64,000 nt of DNA from the NCBI GenBank assembly GCA_043228905.1, contig JBHGNT010000155.1, forward strand, positions 1 to 64,000, read 5' to 3'. This document shows, in pieces, positions 1 to 12,285 of this stretch. This DNA comes from Azolla caroliniana (lineage: Eukaryota; Plantae; Polypodiophyta). The notes beneath the pieces are model-generated. The model saw only the letters and a program-made list of their open reading frames with translations, ran no database searches and was not told the origin of the DNA. Within the stretch, counting starts at the first letter, position 1; each line of letters starts with the position of its first letter. A program made the translations under genes and the position numbers.

Positions 1-707
1 AAAAAGTCCCTCACATGGACTTCCTAGAATTGCGTGGGAAACAAGCAAAAATATCCAAAAGACGCATAAAAGCAAAATTTTGTGTTCCGGTTGGATGCAA
101 GATATAGAAAAATGGTTTGGTAGATGGGATGCGAGACACTTGCTTCATGATGCATCATTAGATTCCTCTGTAAATGAGGCATTTTTGCAACGCCAATGTA
201 TCATGACATGGGACAAATGTGGAGGCCCACGCTTCACACATTATACTACACATGTTGCACCTAACTACAAAACCATATTCTTTGCGGAACGGGGAAATCG
301 TACACATCCATACATGTTAGAGCCCATACCGTTATCTGCCATTCGAACCATTGCTTCCATGCGACTTAGCTCACATGCATTGCGATGTGAAACAGGGCGT
401 TGGGGTACAAGTGATGAGAGTGGTCGGCTATGCACACTTTGCCCTAAACAAGTTCGTGAGTCTGAGTATCACACTTTGATACAATGCTCTGCCTTTGATC
501 ATATTCGACCATGCTTTCCACATCTCTTCGATCGAGCCCAATCTTTGAATGAATTCCTCTCACAACCACAATGTGCACTCTCGATTGAAACATTCATTGG
601 TAAAGTTCTTGAACATCAAGAGTCACTACTCACTTTCACACGTATCACGTGAAATGTAATATTTTTGGTCTCATAGGTCACATTTGACCTCCGAAGACAA
701 TAATATA

Positions 708-739
<32 letters not shown>

Positions 740-740
740 C
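1..740 (+). mobile_element. 3' end of a non-LTR retrotransposon (LINE): C-terminal CCHC-type domain, 3' UTR and (TATC)n tail
   Basis: ORF 80..652 has RLSSHALRCETGRW...CTLC...ESEYHTLIQC, typical of LINE ORF2 C-termini. It is followed by a short UTR hairpin and a (TATC)n tail at ~707-740. The same motif occurs in the LINE at 53.6-56.1 kb. Confidence 0.8.
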
Positions 741-1734
741 TCTACAAGGATATGGTGCACTCACACCATACCCCCTTACCATCTTGTGGAATCACCATTC
801 TCTGTGCTCGTAGTCATGGTCTTGAATTCATGAATGGGACTCGAGGATGGCTCGTTAGAGAAAATTGTACGTGCAAATATCCCCCTATTCATCCTATTGA
901 GGATCATGAGCATCTAGCACTATGGCTTGAAGTACACATGGCCATTCGAACAACATTCCTCACAATCGATTACCACACACACATAACTCTATCTACCATG
1001 TATAATGTCTTCGAGTTGGATATATCAAGCCCAACTTCTTATCCACGTATGTGTGCATTGTACTCTTTACTTATGCATAAGATTCTTATCATGAAAATAC
1101 ATAGAGCACTTGTGGTTAAGCTCATTGACAAGCAAAGAAGCATGGCATCAAAGAAGTTAGATGCCACTAATATAGGGAGTGACCTTTTGCTCCCCTTTGG
1201 GCAACCTTACCAACTAGGCTACATCTATGTTGTAATCCACTAATCAAATTCCATAATAGAAAAATCATACGTAAGGTATTAAACTCGCATTAAATCACCG
1301 TCCCAACTGCATGCCTACCTACAATTTGGAATGAAATCATATCATAACTCAATACGCCTTCACAAAACTAAAATTAACAATAGAAAGGCGATGTGCATGA
1401 CACCACTCCAAACTTGAGATGATACATGCCAAGCTAAAAATTGTAGAGGTTGCATGCCAAGCTAAAAATTGTAGAGGAATGTTGGATAACGAGAATATCT
1501 TGATTCACCTCCCGTGGCAACATTGTTCTTCAAGACATCTGCATCTAAAATGGAGTCTCGTTTCAATCATTATATTGGGTTATGTGAGGTACACAGTTGT
1601 CTTCACTAAGTCATCTTAGCGCATCTCAAAGGGGAAGCTCCCCCATTAACCAAGAACTAAAAAGACATCACATAGGCATACCAAGAAGTAACAATGCTTG
1701 TGTTGAGTGAAGTTTATTTACTTGTGTTCCAGTT

Positions 1735-2024
1735 TGTTAGGAAATATGCGGAATAATGCTCAGCCACAACTTAGTCTTCAATTACTTTGTTGAAAATTAC
1801 AAACACAGAAATGGGAGTGTGGAGATAGATGCACGTATACACAAGAAACCACTGAAAGAGAGTACACAATATGTTTACGTGGAAAACCCTAAATGGGAAA
1901 AACCATGGGAGTCCACAAACCCCAACTATCACTATATCGAGAGGAATACAACAGGTGAACACAGAGGCAACAACCTCTTGCTCATAATCTTTGCCTAGCG
2001 GCAGTTACAACAGAGACTCACTCT

Positions 2025-2064
<40 letters not shown>

Positions 2065-2322
2065 ACGCTCTGTACAACAGTTACACTCATTAACTCTATA
2101 CAAAATAATGACAACACATTGATGCACACAATTACTGTTTGCCCTAGGTCATATTTATACTAATATGACTTTCGGGCTATTTACAAATATAGCCCATGTG
2201 GGCTCTCTGGAACATATTTACATATATGTCCCTTCATCCGGGGAGAGGTTCTCATTGGGCCTTCATCATCCAGTTCTCACTGGGCCTTCATCATCCCATC
2301 CGAAGGGACTGAAATCCTAACA
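1735..2322 (-). repeat. 3' LTR of Copia-1
   Basis: Direct repeat of 11947-12516, adjacent to PPT AAGGGGGAGTT (minus), contains a (CT)n tract. Confidence 0.9.
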
Positions 2323-2332
2323 AACTCCCCCT

Positions 2333-5300
2333 TCACTCCGGCATGGGATGCCTCATCAATCTAATCTGCTTCCGACATGCGTCCAGCTTGTCGGGTGTCA
2401 ACACTTTGGACAACATATCTGACTCATTCTCCTCCGTGTGGATCTTCGTCAGCACGAACTCTTGATCTTCAACTCGCTCTCGGATCCAGTGGTACCTACG
2501 CTGGATGTGCTTCATCCTGGATTGATACACCGCGTTCTTCTCAAGGTGGATGGCACTTTGACTGTCGCAATAGAGCCGATATTCCTCTTGCCGGATCCCT
2601 AGCTCTACGATGAAGTCCTTCATCCATAGTATTTCCTTGCCGGATTCCACAGCTGCCATGCACTCCGCTTCCGTGGTTGACAGCGCAACCGTCTTCTGCA
2701 GCCTCGACTGCCACGAAACAGCTCCCCCCATGTATGTCATGACATATCCGGATGTGGACCGGTTGGTATCCACATTAGCTGACATATCTGAATCGGTGAA
2801 ACCGTCGAGTTGGGATTTACCAGAGCCAAATCGGAGACACATACTTGAGGTGCCTTTCAAGTATCGGAGTATCCATTTTACTACGTTCCAGTGCTCCTTG
2901 TCGGGATTGCTCATAAACCGGCTTACCACTCTAAATGCGTATCCGATATCTGGTCGGGTACACACCATTGTGTACATTAAGCTTCCGATGGCAGAGGCAT
3001 ATGGTATCTTCATCATATCCACCTTCTCTGCCTTCGTCTTCGAGCTTTGCTTACCGGATAACCTACAGTTTGCCGGGAATGTCGATTCAACCGGTTTCGC
3101 ATCTAACATGTTGAACCGTTGAAGCACCTTTGTCACGTACTTCTCCTGTGAAAACCACAATTGCTTCGTTGACCAGTCCCGGATGATATGCATCCCCAGT
3201 ATCTGTCTTGCCGGACCCAAGTCTTTCATTGAGAAGGTCCGGTTCAGGGCCTTCTTCAGCATCTGTATCTTGACTTGGTCTCGTCCGACGATCAACATGT
3301 CGTCCACGTACAGTAGGAGTATCAGGAAGTCTCCACCTTCAAACTTCTTCACAAATCACAGTGATCGGCCTGCGTCTTGTGGTACCCTTGATCGGTCATG
3401 AAGGAGTCAAACTTCCGGTACCATTGCCGGGGAGCCTGTTTCAAACCGTAGAGGCTCTTCTTCAACCGGCAAACCAAGTGCTCCTTCCCTTTCTTCACAA
3501 ATCCCTCCGGTTGCTGCATGTAGATCTCCTCTTCGAGGTCGCCATGGAGGAACGCCGTCTTCACGTCTAACTGCTCTACCTCGAGGTCCATGCTCGCCGT
3601 TATGCTCAACACCGTCCGGATGGAAGTCATCTTTACTACCGGGGCAAATATCTCGTCGAAGTCCACTCCCTTCTTCTGTTGGAACCCCTTCACCACAATC
3701 CTGGCTTTGTACCTTGGGGGGTTGTCGGCATCTCCCGGTTTCAACTTGTACACCCACTTATTTCGGAGTGCCCGTTTTCCATTCGGCAACTCCACCAATT
3801 CATACGTGTGGTTCTCATGTAGGGAATCCATCTCGTCCTGCATGGCACTCAACCACTTACGGTTATGGGTGTCCTCCTTTGCTTCTTCGAAGCTTTCCAG
3901 CTCCCCCTCATCGGTCAACAACACGCGCTCTGCATCCGAAAATCTCTGGGGGAGCCTTCTCTCTTTGAGAGGATATCTGCGTCTTTGGTTTCCGGTAACT
4001 GGCTCCTCTATTTGTTCTTCATCCGAAACCGATTCGGGATCTTGGCCAGTTCCGGTTCCTGCTTCCTCTTCTTCTTCTGCCGGTTCGGTGTCCTCTCCGT
4101 AACCGGCCGGTTCTTCGAGTGTCAACCGGCTCTTAGCCAAATAGGTCCGTATCTCATCAAATCGGTCCTTTTCGATCAACTCGGAGTTCATTATCTTCTT
4201 CTCCGACTCCCAGTCTGCAAGAGTCTTGTCCTCCATGAAGATAATATCTCGACTCCGGAAAACCTTCTTGTCGACCGGATCCCACACTCGGTAGCCGAAC
4301 TCATCATCGCCGTATCCGAGGAAAATATGCAAGGCCGGGACTTTGGGTCCAACTTTGCTCTCCGGTCCTTTGCCACATGCACGTAAGTGAGACACCCGAA
4401 AACCTTCATATGCCGGTAAGACACTTCCTTACCAGTCCACACTCTCTGCAGCGTGTCTCCGTCCAAGGCCACTAAGGGTGATTTGTTTATCACGTACGTT
4501 GTTGTCGCCAACGCCTCAGCCCAAAACATCTTGGGTAACTTTGCATGTGCTAGCATACTCCAGACCCTCTCCATTATGGCCCGGTTCATCCTCTCGACCA
4601 GCCCATTGAGTTCCAACGTCTTCAGCATGGTAAATTCGAGCCGGATTCCCTTCAAGCGGCAGTACTCCTCGAACTGCCCCCGGTATTCTCCTCCGTTATC
4701 TGCTCGAACCGCCTTCAGCTTCCGACCGGTTTCTCTTTCCACTCTTGCATGGAGCTCCTTGAAGACGAATAACACTTGATCCTTCGTCTTCAGCAGTGTG
4801 GCCCACAGCTTCTAGTTGTGGTCCTCTATGAACATCACAAAGTATTGCGCTCCGGCATGTGACTTTGTGTTTACTTGACACACATCGGTATGCACCAGCT
4901 CCAGTGGCGCATTATGTCTCATCGGTGGCCTTGATCGGAAGGAGGTCCGGTTTTGCTTACCGGCTAGGCAGTCGGTGCACTTCTCAAGATGCACGTCCTT
5001 CACCGAAATGAGGTTGTCATCGACAAGCCTCCTCATCCCCTTCTCGCTCATGTGACACGGTCTCTTGTGCCACAGCTTACCGGTAGTGTCGAATGCCACG
5101 TTCACGTCTTCTGGGCATAACCGGGCATTCATCAGATACAACGTGTTGACTTTCCGGGTCTGAGCCACTATCAGGCTCCCCTTGCTGAACTTCATGACAC
5201 TGTTCCGGATGCTACCCGTGTAGCCTTTATCATCTAGCCGACCGACTGATATAAGGTTCAGTCGAACCTCCAGAACGTGTCGGACATCCTTCAGCAACAG

Positions 5301-5876
5301 CTTGCATCCAGTTGGTGTTGTCAACCGGGTGTCAACCACACGTCTCTTATGCCGACAATTCAGCATGTACCTTCATTCCCCATCCAGACACAGCCTTGCT
5401 CACCGGCTATGTAGGATGAGAAGCATTTCCGGTCCGGGGTAAGGTGGAACGACGCTCCGGAATCAACAACCCCCGTTGTCTCGTCGCCGGCAAGGTTCAA
5501 CTCACTCTCCTCGGTGATGAGCATCAACTCCTCTTCACTTGCCGCGATTGCCATCGTTCCCTTCCGATCCGGTCCCCTTCAGTCTTTATCGTTCCGGTCC
5601 GGTGACCGCTTCGAATCGGTACTGTCGGTTTCCTTCTCTTTCCAGAAATGCCGACAGTTTTTTTGGAAGTGCCTCGTCTTCCCACAATAGAAGCAAGTGG
5701 GTCTTCCCCTTGACTTTGACCGTGTCCCCGACTTTTCCCGGTTCTAGGGATTACGGTTCCTTTGTCTTCCGCGTTCCGATTCGGTAAGGAGAGCTTTGGA
5801 TTCAGAGCTCATATCCTTGTCTTTACGACGTGCCTCCTCATCTAGCAAGCTCGACTTGACTCTTGCTAGGGATAAT
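2333..5876 (-). pseudogene. Copia-1 gag(C-term)-PR-INT-RT-RH, with frameshifts and stops
   Basis: ORF pieces 5360-5554, 4812-5366, 4191-4775, 3349-4395 and 2333-3352 carry DSGAS, HKR..CTDC, RADNGGEY, KARIVVKGF, YVDD and KHIQRRYH motifs. Confidence 0.92.
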
Positions 5877-5960
5877 TGTTGGAGACAAAGTCGTCTATGC
5901 GGAAGATCAAGAAGCATTCGATTCTGTTCTGTACCTGCGTATGACAGTCTCTCGTTCTTT

Positions 5961-6001
<41 letters not shown>

Positions 6002-6381
6002 CACAAAAGACTTTCTATTCAATAGAAACAATAATACAACACCCAACCTTACAAAAAGGTTACAAGGTCACTATATATAGTGACCGACTTAGGGCAACTA
6101 CCCTTTATGCTAATTACACAAATGGCCCAAACTTGAGCTATACAAAGGGATAGTGTGAATACTTCCATTATACACTTGTATTCGACACTCCCCCGTAATG
6201 GGCGTATACATGGGTTATCTAAGATTACAGGTATAAACCTAGGTTCTCGGACATATCAGTTTTTGTTCGAGTCGGCAGGGTCCGAAGGCAGAAGACCGAA
6301 CTGGTCGGGTCGGAAGAGTTGAAGCCGATCATTAAGGAACTGATGTCGGTTGTCGGAGACCATCCTGTGTTGTGTCCGGCT

Positions 6382-9300
6382 CTAACCGGACTGGTTTGTC
6401 GTTACGCCCATCTGATGCCGAAGGGACCGAAAGCGGTCTGCCGAAAGACACTTGGTCATTCCATCTGCGACATTGTCGGTTGTGGATATTTTCTCTAGAC
6501 CGACTTTCCCTGAAATGACGCAGTCCCGAACGAAGTGATATCGAATGTCGATATGTTTGGAGGCGTTGTGGTGAACCGGATTTTTCGACAAGGCAACAAC
6601 ACCTTGACTGTCGTTGTAGACAACTGGAGCCGAGTCATGGTCGACTTGTCGAAACGTGTGCGCCAGCCGACCGAGCCACAAAGCTTCTTTTGCTGCGTCG
6701 GACGCAGCTACATATTCTGCTTCGGTCGTTGAGGTCGCTGTGCACTCCTGAAGTTTCGACTTCCACGAGATTGCTCCATTGCCGAATTTGAAGCAGTATC
6801 CGGTTGTTGATTTCCGACTGTCTATACAGCCGGCGAAATCCGAGTCGGTGTAACCGACTACGCCTGAGGTTCGGTTCGGACCGAAAAGAATGTCGTGGTC
6901 TTTTGTGCCAGCCAGATATCTGAACACATGCTTGACTGCGTTCCAATGCGATCGGCCAGGATTGTGCATAAATCTGCTAACGACTCCTACGGCATGAGAG
7001 ATATCAGGCCGTGTCGCGACCATCAGGTACATAAGGGAGCCGACTGCCGGTGCATACGGTACCGACTTCATATCTTCCCCCTCCGGACCGGATGTCGGGC
7101 AGTCTCGCTGAGAGAGCCGAAGATTCATGGGGAGCGGGGTTGAAGCAGATTTGGCTGATTGCATGTTGAAGCGTTCCAAGACACGTCCGATATAGTCGGT
7201 CTGAGACAAAAAAAGATGTCGTTTATCGCGATGCCGACTAATCTTCATGCCAAGGATGTGTCGTGCCGGACCGAGGTCCTTCATGGCAAACTTCAACCGC
7301 AGTTGCCGAATGAGATCGGCAAGTTCGCCCGCGTGGCGTCCAGAAATTAGCATGTCGTCCACGTAGATGATGAGGAAGATGGGTGATCCATCTTGAGCTG
7401 TGTTGGTAAAAAGACAATGGTCCTCATCGCTTTTTGAGAAGCCGATCGATTGGATGAAGTCGTCGAACTTCTTGTACCATTGTCGCGGTGCCTGTTTGAG
7501 GCCGTATAGACTCTTCCTGAGTCGGCAGACTAGATGTTCTTGGCCAGTTGCCACGAAGCCTTTTGGCTGCTCCATATAAATTTCCTCGTCAAGATCACCA
7601 TGGAGGAAGGCTGTTTTGACATCTAGCTGAATCAGCTCCAAGTTGTCGGCTGCCACTACGCCGAGTAGAAAACGAAGGGTTGTCATTTTCACCACTGGTG
7701 AAAAAATCTCGTCGAAGTCGACGCCATATTCTTGTCGGAAGCCCTTCGCAACTAATCTGGCCTTGTACTTTGGGGTGGTCGAATCAGACGTCTCTTTTAG
7801 TCGATAAACCCACTTGCAAGGAAGAGCACGTCGGTTCCTAGGTAATTCGACCAGATCCCAAGTCTTGTTTGCCCGAATGGAGTGCATTTCCGACTCCATC
7901 GCCAGATGCCAGGTGGCTGAATCGACAGATGTCGATGCTTCTTCGTAAGACGTCGGTTCGCCGGCGTCGGTGAAGAAAATTCCAGGAGAATACCTCTCCG
8001 GAGGTTGCGACAGTCTCTCGGATCGTCGAGGTATGATTGGACTGGTCGCATCGGGTATCGAGGTCGGATGGTCCGAAAGCGAGTCATTCGGCTGTGCCGA
8101 GTCGGAATTGTCCGAGTCGGTAGTGTAAGGTTCAGCTACCCGTGAAGCTGACCGTGTGTTAAGAGCGGGGCCTTCTTGAAGGGTCGGCACATCGGAAAAT
8201 GTTACCCTTCGGACTTCGATCGGTTTTTCGACTGATGGATTCATAGCCGATTCGTTGAACACAACGTCCGAACTTCGAACGATTTGTCTGCGTTCGGGGT
8301 CCCAGAGTCGGTATCCCATTTCGCCGTCTGATCCATATCCAAGGAAAATGCATTTCCTGGACCGAGGTGCAAGTTTTCGGCGATCATCTTTCGGAATAAG
8401 GGCGTACGCCTCGCATCCGAAGATCCTCAGCTTGTCGTAATTCGGCTTACTGCCGATCCATAGTTCCTGAGGAATTTGAAGTCCTAGAGGTCTACTTGGC
8501 GACATATTGATTATGTGTACTGCCGTGAGTAGAGCCTCTGCCCAGAAGCCATCCGACAGTCCGGAGTGTTGGAGCATGGAAACTATCCGTTCTTGGATTG
8601 TCCGATTCATGCGTTCGGCAATCCCGTTTTGCTCCGGACTGTGTGGTGCCGTAAATTCACGTCGGATGCCGCGTTGTCGGCAGAATTTGACGAATTCTTC
8701 GGATTTGAACTCTCCCCCATTGTCGGTCCGAAAGCATTTCAGTTTTCGGCCGGTTTGATTTTCTACCATAGCGAGCCAATCGGAGAAGATCGAGAAGACA
8801 CGATCTTTGGTGCGAATTGGATAAGCCCACACCTTTCGAGTCGAATCGTCAATAAAACTGACGAAGTAAGAGGCACCGCCAAGAGACTGATGCGGCATTG
8901 GGCCACAGACGTCCGAGTGGACTAAGTCGAGAGGTCTCGTTTCTCTTGGTGCTGATGTCGGGTGTGATGCGGCTGCTTGTTTGCCATACTGGCAATGCTC
9001 GCAGAATTGATGGTCCGAGAAGGAGAGTTTGGGGATGTACCCGGCTCTAGATAGGTGCGTGATGCCGGCCTTGCTGAGGTGTCCTAATCTTCTGTGCCAT
9101 AGTGATGACACAGGAATATCCACCAAAAACAGGTTACCCTCTCTGAGCGTAACATGTAACGGATACAGTGAGTGTATCTTGGGTCCTCTAGCAAGCAGGA
9201 GGTTCCCCCTGTGGAGTGTCCACCCTCCCGAAGAAAAACCGGCACGAATGCCGTCTTCATCTAGTTGTCCGACTGAGATCAATGGCCTTGAGAGCTCGGG

Positions 9301-9537
9301 TACATGTCGGACATTGTGAAGTACAAGTGTAGAGCCACCTGCAAGGTTGAGCTCTATTGTGCCGATTCCGATGATGTCACAGTGTTGCGAGTTACCGACT
9401 CGAACTGAGTCGGAGTGACGGATCGTATATTGCCGAAATTGGGATCGATGAGGAGTCACGTGAAATGACGCGCCCGAATCTAAGAGCCATGTGCTCGATT
9501 CTTCAGTCGTGAGCAGAACTTCTGATCCGACTGGATT
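6382..9537 (-). CDS. pol: Copia-2 pol (PR-INT-RT-RNase H)
   Basis: Open frame from just after the gag stop: WLLDSGASFH, GAG-pre-integrase HRRLGH/CEHC, RTDNGGEF, YKARLVAKGF, IIYVDDML, SKHIDIRYHF. Confidence 0.93.
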   Translation of the reverse strand, partial: NPVGSEVLLTTEESSTWLLDSGASFHVTPHRSQFRQYTIRHSDSVRVGNSQHCDIIGIGTIELNLAGGSTLVLHNVRHVPELSRPLISVGQLDEDGIRAGFSSGGWTLHRGNLLLARGPKIHSLYPLHVTLREGNLFLVDIPVSSLWHRRLGHLSKAGITHLSRAGYIPKLSFSDHQFCEHCQYGKQAAASHPTSAPRETRPLDLVHSDVCGPMPHQSLGGASYFVSFIDDSTRKVWAYPIRTKDRVFSIFSDWLAMVENQTGRKLKCFRTDNGGEFKSEEFVKFCRQRGIRREFTAPHSPEQNGIAERMNRTIQERIVSMLQHSGLSDGFWAEALLTAVHIINMSPSRPLGLQIPQELWIGSKPNYDKLRIFGCEAYALIPKDDRRKLAPRSRKCIFLGYGSDGEMGYRLWDPERRQIVRSSDVVFNESAMNPSVEKPIEVRRVTFSDVPTLQEGPALNTRSASRVAEPYTTDSDNSDSAQPNDSLSDHPTSIPDATSPIIPRRSERLSQPPERYSPGIFFTDAGEPTSYEEASTSVDSATWHLAMESEMHSIRANKTWDLVELPRNRRALPCKWVYRLKETSDSTTPKYKARLVAKGFRQEYGVDFDEIFSPVVKMTTLRFLLGVVAADNLELIQLDVKTAFLHGDLDEEIYMEQPKGFVATGQEHLVCRLRKSLYGLKQAPRQWYKKFDDFIQSIGFSKSDEDHCLFTNTAQDGSPIFLIIYVDDMLISGRHAGELADLIRQLRLKFAMKDLGPARHILGMKISRHRDKRHLFLSQTDYIGRVLERFNMQSAKSASTPLPMNLRLSQRDCPTSGPEGEDMKSVPYAPAVGSLMYLMVATRPDISHAVGVVSRFMHNPGRSHWNAVKHVFRYLAGTKDHDILFGPNRTSGVVGYTDSDFAGCIDSRKSTTGYCFKFGNGAISWKSKLQECTATSTTEAEYVAASDAAKEALWLGRLAHTFRQVDHDSAPVVYNDSQGVVALSKNPVHHNASKHIDIRYHFVRDCVISGKVGLEKISTTDNVADGMTKCLSADRFRSLRHQMGVTTNQSG

Positions 9538-10416
9538 TTAGATTGATAGTATATTCGGGTCGTTTGGTAGTACATCAGCTGAGAAGCTGACGTAATTGAT
9601 CTCCTCATGCCGGCCACTCTTCTTGTCTGATCTCTGAGACTTGTCGTTCTTGTTCTTGAGTGCGCGGCAGTCGGCTTTGATGTGTCCGGGTTTCTTGCAA
9701 TAGTTGCAGATTCGGTTATCCCGTGACTGGCTCCGTCTTCGCTGATTGTTCGGCGGCCGTGAGGAATCTCTTCCTCGTATGTTCGATCGGTCTGTCGAAC
9801 CTTGTACTACGTAAGCGTCGTCTGTTGAGTCTTTGGCGAAAGACTTTCTCCGAGCTGCTTCGGTCAGGATTGCGCTCGTGACTTCGGAGTATTTAACAAC
9901 CGTGGTTGACGCGTTGCACACGGTTGTGACGAAAGTTTCCCATGATGAGGGAAGGCTGCTCATGAGTATCATTGCTCTGAGTTCATCCTCGATTGCCGTC
10001 CCCTGAGATGAGATTTGGGAGCTTATGCTTTCGTACTCATTGAGATGTGCTTGAACCGAATCGGATTCTTTCATCCGCAAGTTGTAGAGGCGCCGGATCA
10101 GAAACATCTTCGTTGCAGCGACCTTCTTTTCGTAGGTGTCCGACAGTGTTTTCCACAGTTCGAATGCTGTCGTACACGATTGCACCGTAAAGTATACCGA
10201 TTCCGATAGGTGCATCCGAATCGTGGCGCGGACGATTCTGTCCAGCTTCTGCCACTCAATTGGTTTGTATCCTTCTGGAGGTTCTTCATTTTCGATGGGA
10301 TCGATTTGCCCCTTGACTATGAGATAGTCCTGCATTTGCTCCTTCCAGAAGTTGAAGTTCGATCCATCGAACTTTCGTAGACTCATTTCTGACGAGCCGG
10401 ATGTTGATGCCATCAA
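9538..10416 (-). CDS. gag: Copia-2 gag (UBN2-type gag, CCHC zinc knuckle)
   Basis: FDGSNFNFWK start, SLPSSWETFVT and CNYCKKPGHIKADC. Same frame as pol, separated by a single TAA. Confidence 0.92.
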   Translation of the reverse strand: MMASTSGSSEMSLRKFDGSNFNFWKEQMQDYLIVKGQIDPIENEEPPEGYKPIEWQKLDRIVRATIRMHLSESVYFTVQSCTTAFELWKTLSDTYEKKVAATKMFLIRRLYNLRMKESDSVQAHLNEYESISSQISSQGTAIEDELRAMILMSSLPSSWETFVTTVCNASTTVVKYSEVTSAILTEAARRKSFAKDSTDDAYVVQGSTDRSNIRGRDSSRPPNNQRRRSQSRDNRICNYCKKPGHIKADCRALKNKNDKSQRSDKKSGRHEEINYVSFSADVLPNDPNILSI

Positions 10417-11185
10417 ATTCGGTTTCGGTTGACGAAGCTCGGTTCGGAGTTGACTACGAACCTTGTTGGAGTGCAGCCGGTTGGCTCACCCGATATCGTT
10501 CTAGTCGGATTTGAACCCGAGTCGGTTCGGCTTCGGATATATGTATTGTTGAACTTGCTCGAATTGACTCCGGTAACTTGAGGGACAGAACCGACTGGTC
10601 TTCCCGAATGTTGCCGAGTCGGAGTGAGCCCGGTTCGCTTCCGATTATATATGCCAAATGCCGATTGTCTGGACCGATTCTGCTTCGGTTGACTGCAGCG
10701 ACGAGAGAGACGGATCCAACTGATCCTCTCGAATGTCGATCAGCCGGATGAAGCACGAATTGGGGTTGTTGTCTTGAGACCGATCTGCACCGAGTGGTTA
10801 CAATGAGCGGCGAGCAGCGTTTGATGACCTCTTCGGATGCCGTTTAACCGAGTGGAGCACGATCGTGTCAATGTTGCACAAGGGGATTTCACCTCGAGTG
10901 GTTACGATCACAAGGAACGGAGTACAACCGGCTGGCTTACTCCAGGCGAAGATGATCTAACGCGATGAGGTGCAATCCTCGTTTTTCTTCTTCTTCTCTC
11001 TTCTTCGAATGACGCAGGAAACCGAATACTGTGCAGGCTGAGACGACGGCCGACAGCGGATTGAAGGACCGAATACTGTGCAGGCTCTGATACCAGATGT
11101 TGGAGACAAAGTCGTCTATGCGGAAGATCAAGAAGCATTCGATTCTGTTCTGTACCTGCGTATGACAGTCTCTCGTTCTTTGCAC

Positions 11186-11221
<36 letters not shown>

Positions 11222-11413
11222 GCACAAAAGACTTTCTATTCAATAGAAACAATAATACAACACCCAACCTTACAAAAAGGTTACAAGGTCACTATATATA
11301 GTGACCGACTTAGGGCAACTACCCTTTATGCTAATTACACAAATGGCCCAAACTTGAGCTATACAAAGGGATAGTGTGAATACGTCCATTATACACTTGT
11401 ATTCGACAATAAT

Positions 11414-11915
11414 TGTTTTCCTTCCGGCCCGACGTTGCCCAAAGTGACAACTAACGTCTCCCAGCTATCTGGGAGGGAACCGAGCAGGAGTAATGCTAGT
11501 ACCTCATCGGCAAGAGGTACTTCCAATGATGTTGCCTGGTGAATCAGCCCCTAGAAGGCATTCATGTACTCCGCCATGCGGAGCCTTCTTGGTACCGGAG
11601 CCGCACTAGCTTCCGGAATACCGAAACCCGATTAACAGCATTTTTGTTCTGAAACATAATGTCAATCTTCTCCCAGAGCTCATGAGCCTTACTCTCCTCA
11701 TTAAAATTGTTGTACAGGCTCATGTCGATGAAGCACCGGATGTATGCTATTGTCTTCTTGTGCATCACCTCCCACACTGTGGCGTTGATCTTGTCCAATC
11801 TCTTGTCCCCGAACTGGACCGGCAACCAAAGATCTTTAACCATGAGCATGTCCCTCATCTTCGACTTCCACACTGAGTAGTTGGAGCCGGTGAGTTTGAA
11901 CAACGAATCTTCCAT
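11414..11915 (-). pseudogene. Copia-1 gag N-terminal part
   Basis: MEDSLFKLTGSNYSVWKSKMRDML..., near-identical to Copia-3 gag. Resumes after the Copia-2 TSD. Confidence 0.88.
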
Positions 11916-11946
11916 TTTTCTATGTCATTTCGCTCTAATACCAGTT

Positions 11947-12235
11947 TGTTAGGAAATATGCAGAATAATGCTCAGCCACAACCGAGTCTTCAATTACTTC
12001 ATTGAGAATTACAAACACGGAAATGGGAGTGTGGAGATAGATGCACGTATACACAAGAAACCACTGAAAGAGAGTACACAATATGTTTACGTGGAAAACC
12101 CTAAATGGGAAAAACCACGGGAGTCCACAAACTCCAACTATCACTATATCGAGAGGAATACAACAGGTGAACACAAAGGCAACAACCTCTTGCTCACAAT
12201 CTTTGCCTGGCGGCAATTACAACAGAGACTCGCTC

Positions 12236-12285
<50 letters not shown>

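Larger units (their letters stand above)
5877..11408 (-). mobile_element. Ty1/Copia LTR retrotransposon (Copia-2), near-intact, young, nested in Copia-1 gag
   Basis: 311-bp LTRs at 5877-6187 and 11098-11408, with about 2 differences by eye. 5-bp TSD ATAAT (5872-5876 / 11409-11413). PBS TGGTATCAGAGC (tRNA-iMet) at 11084-11095. PPT after 6187. Confidence 0.97.

Noticed and set aside
752-1700. ORFs 752-1243 and 1419-1619
   Set aside because: No recognisable domain. Probably decayed TE sequence, but it cannot be supported.
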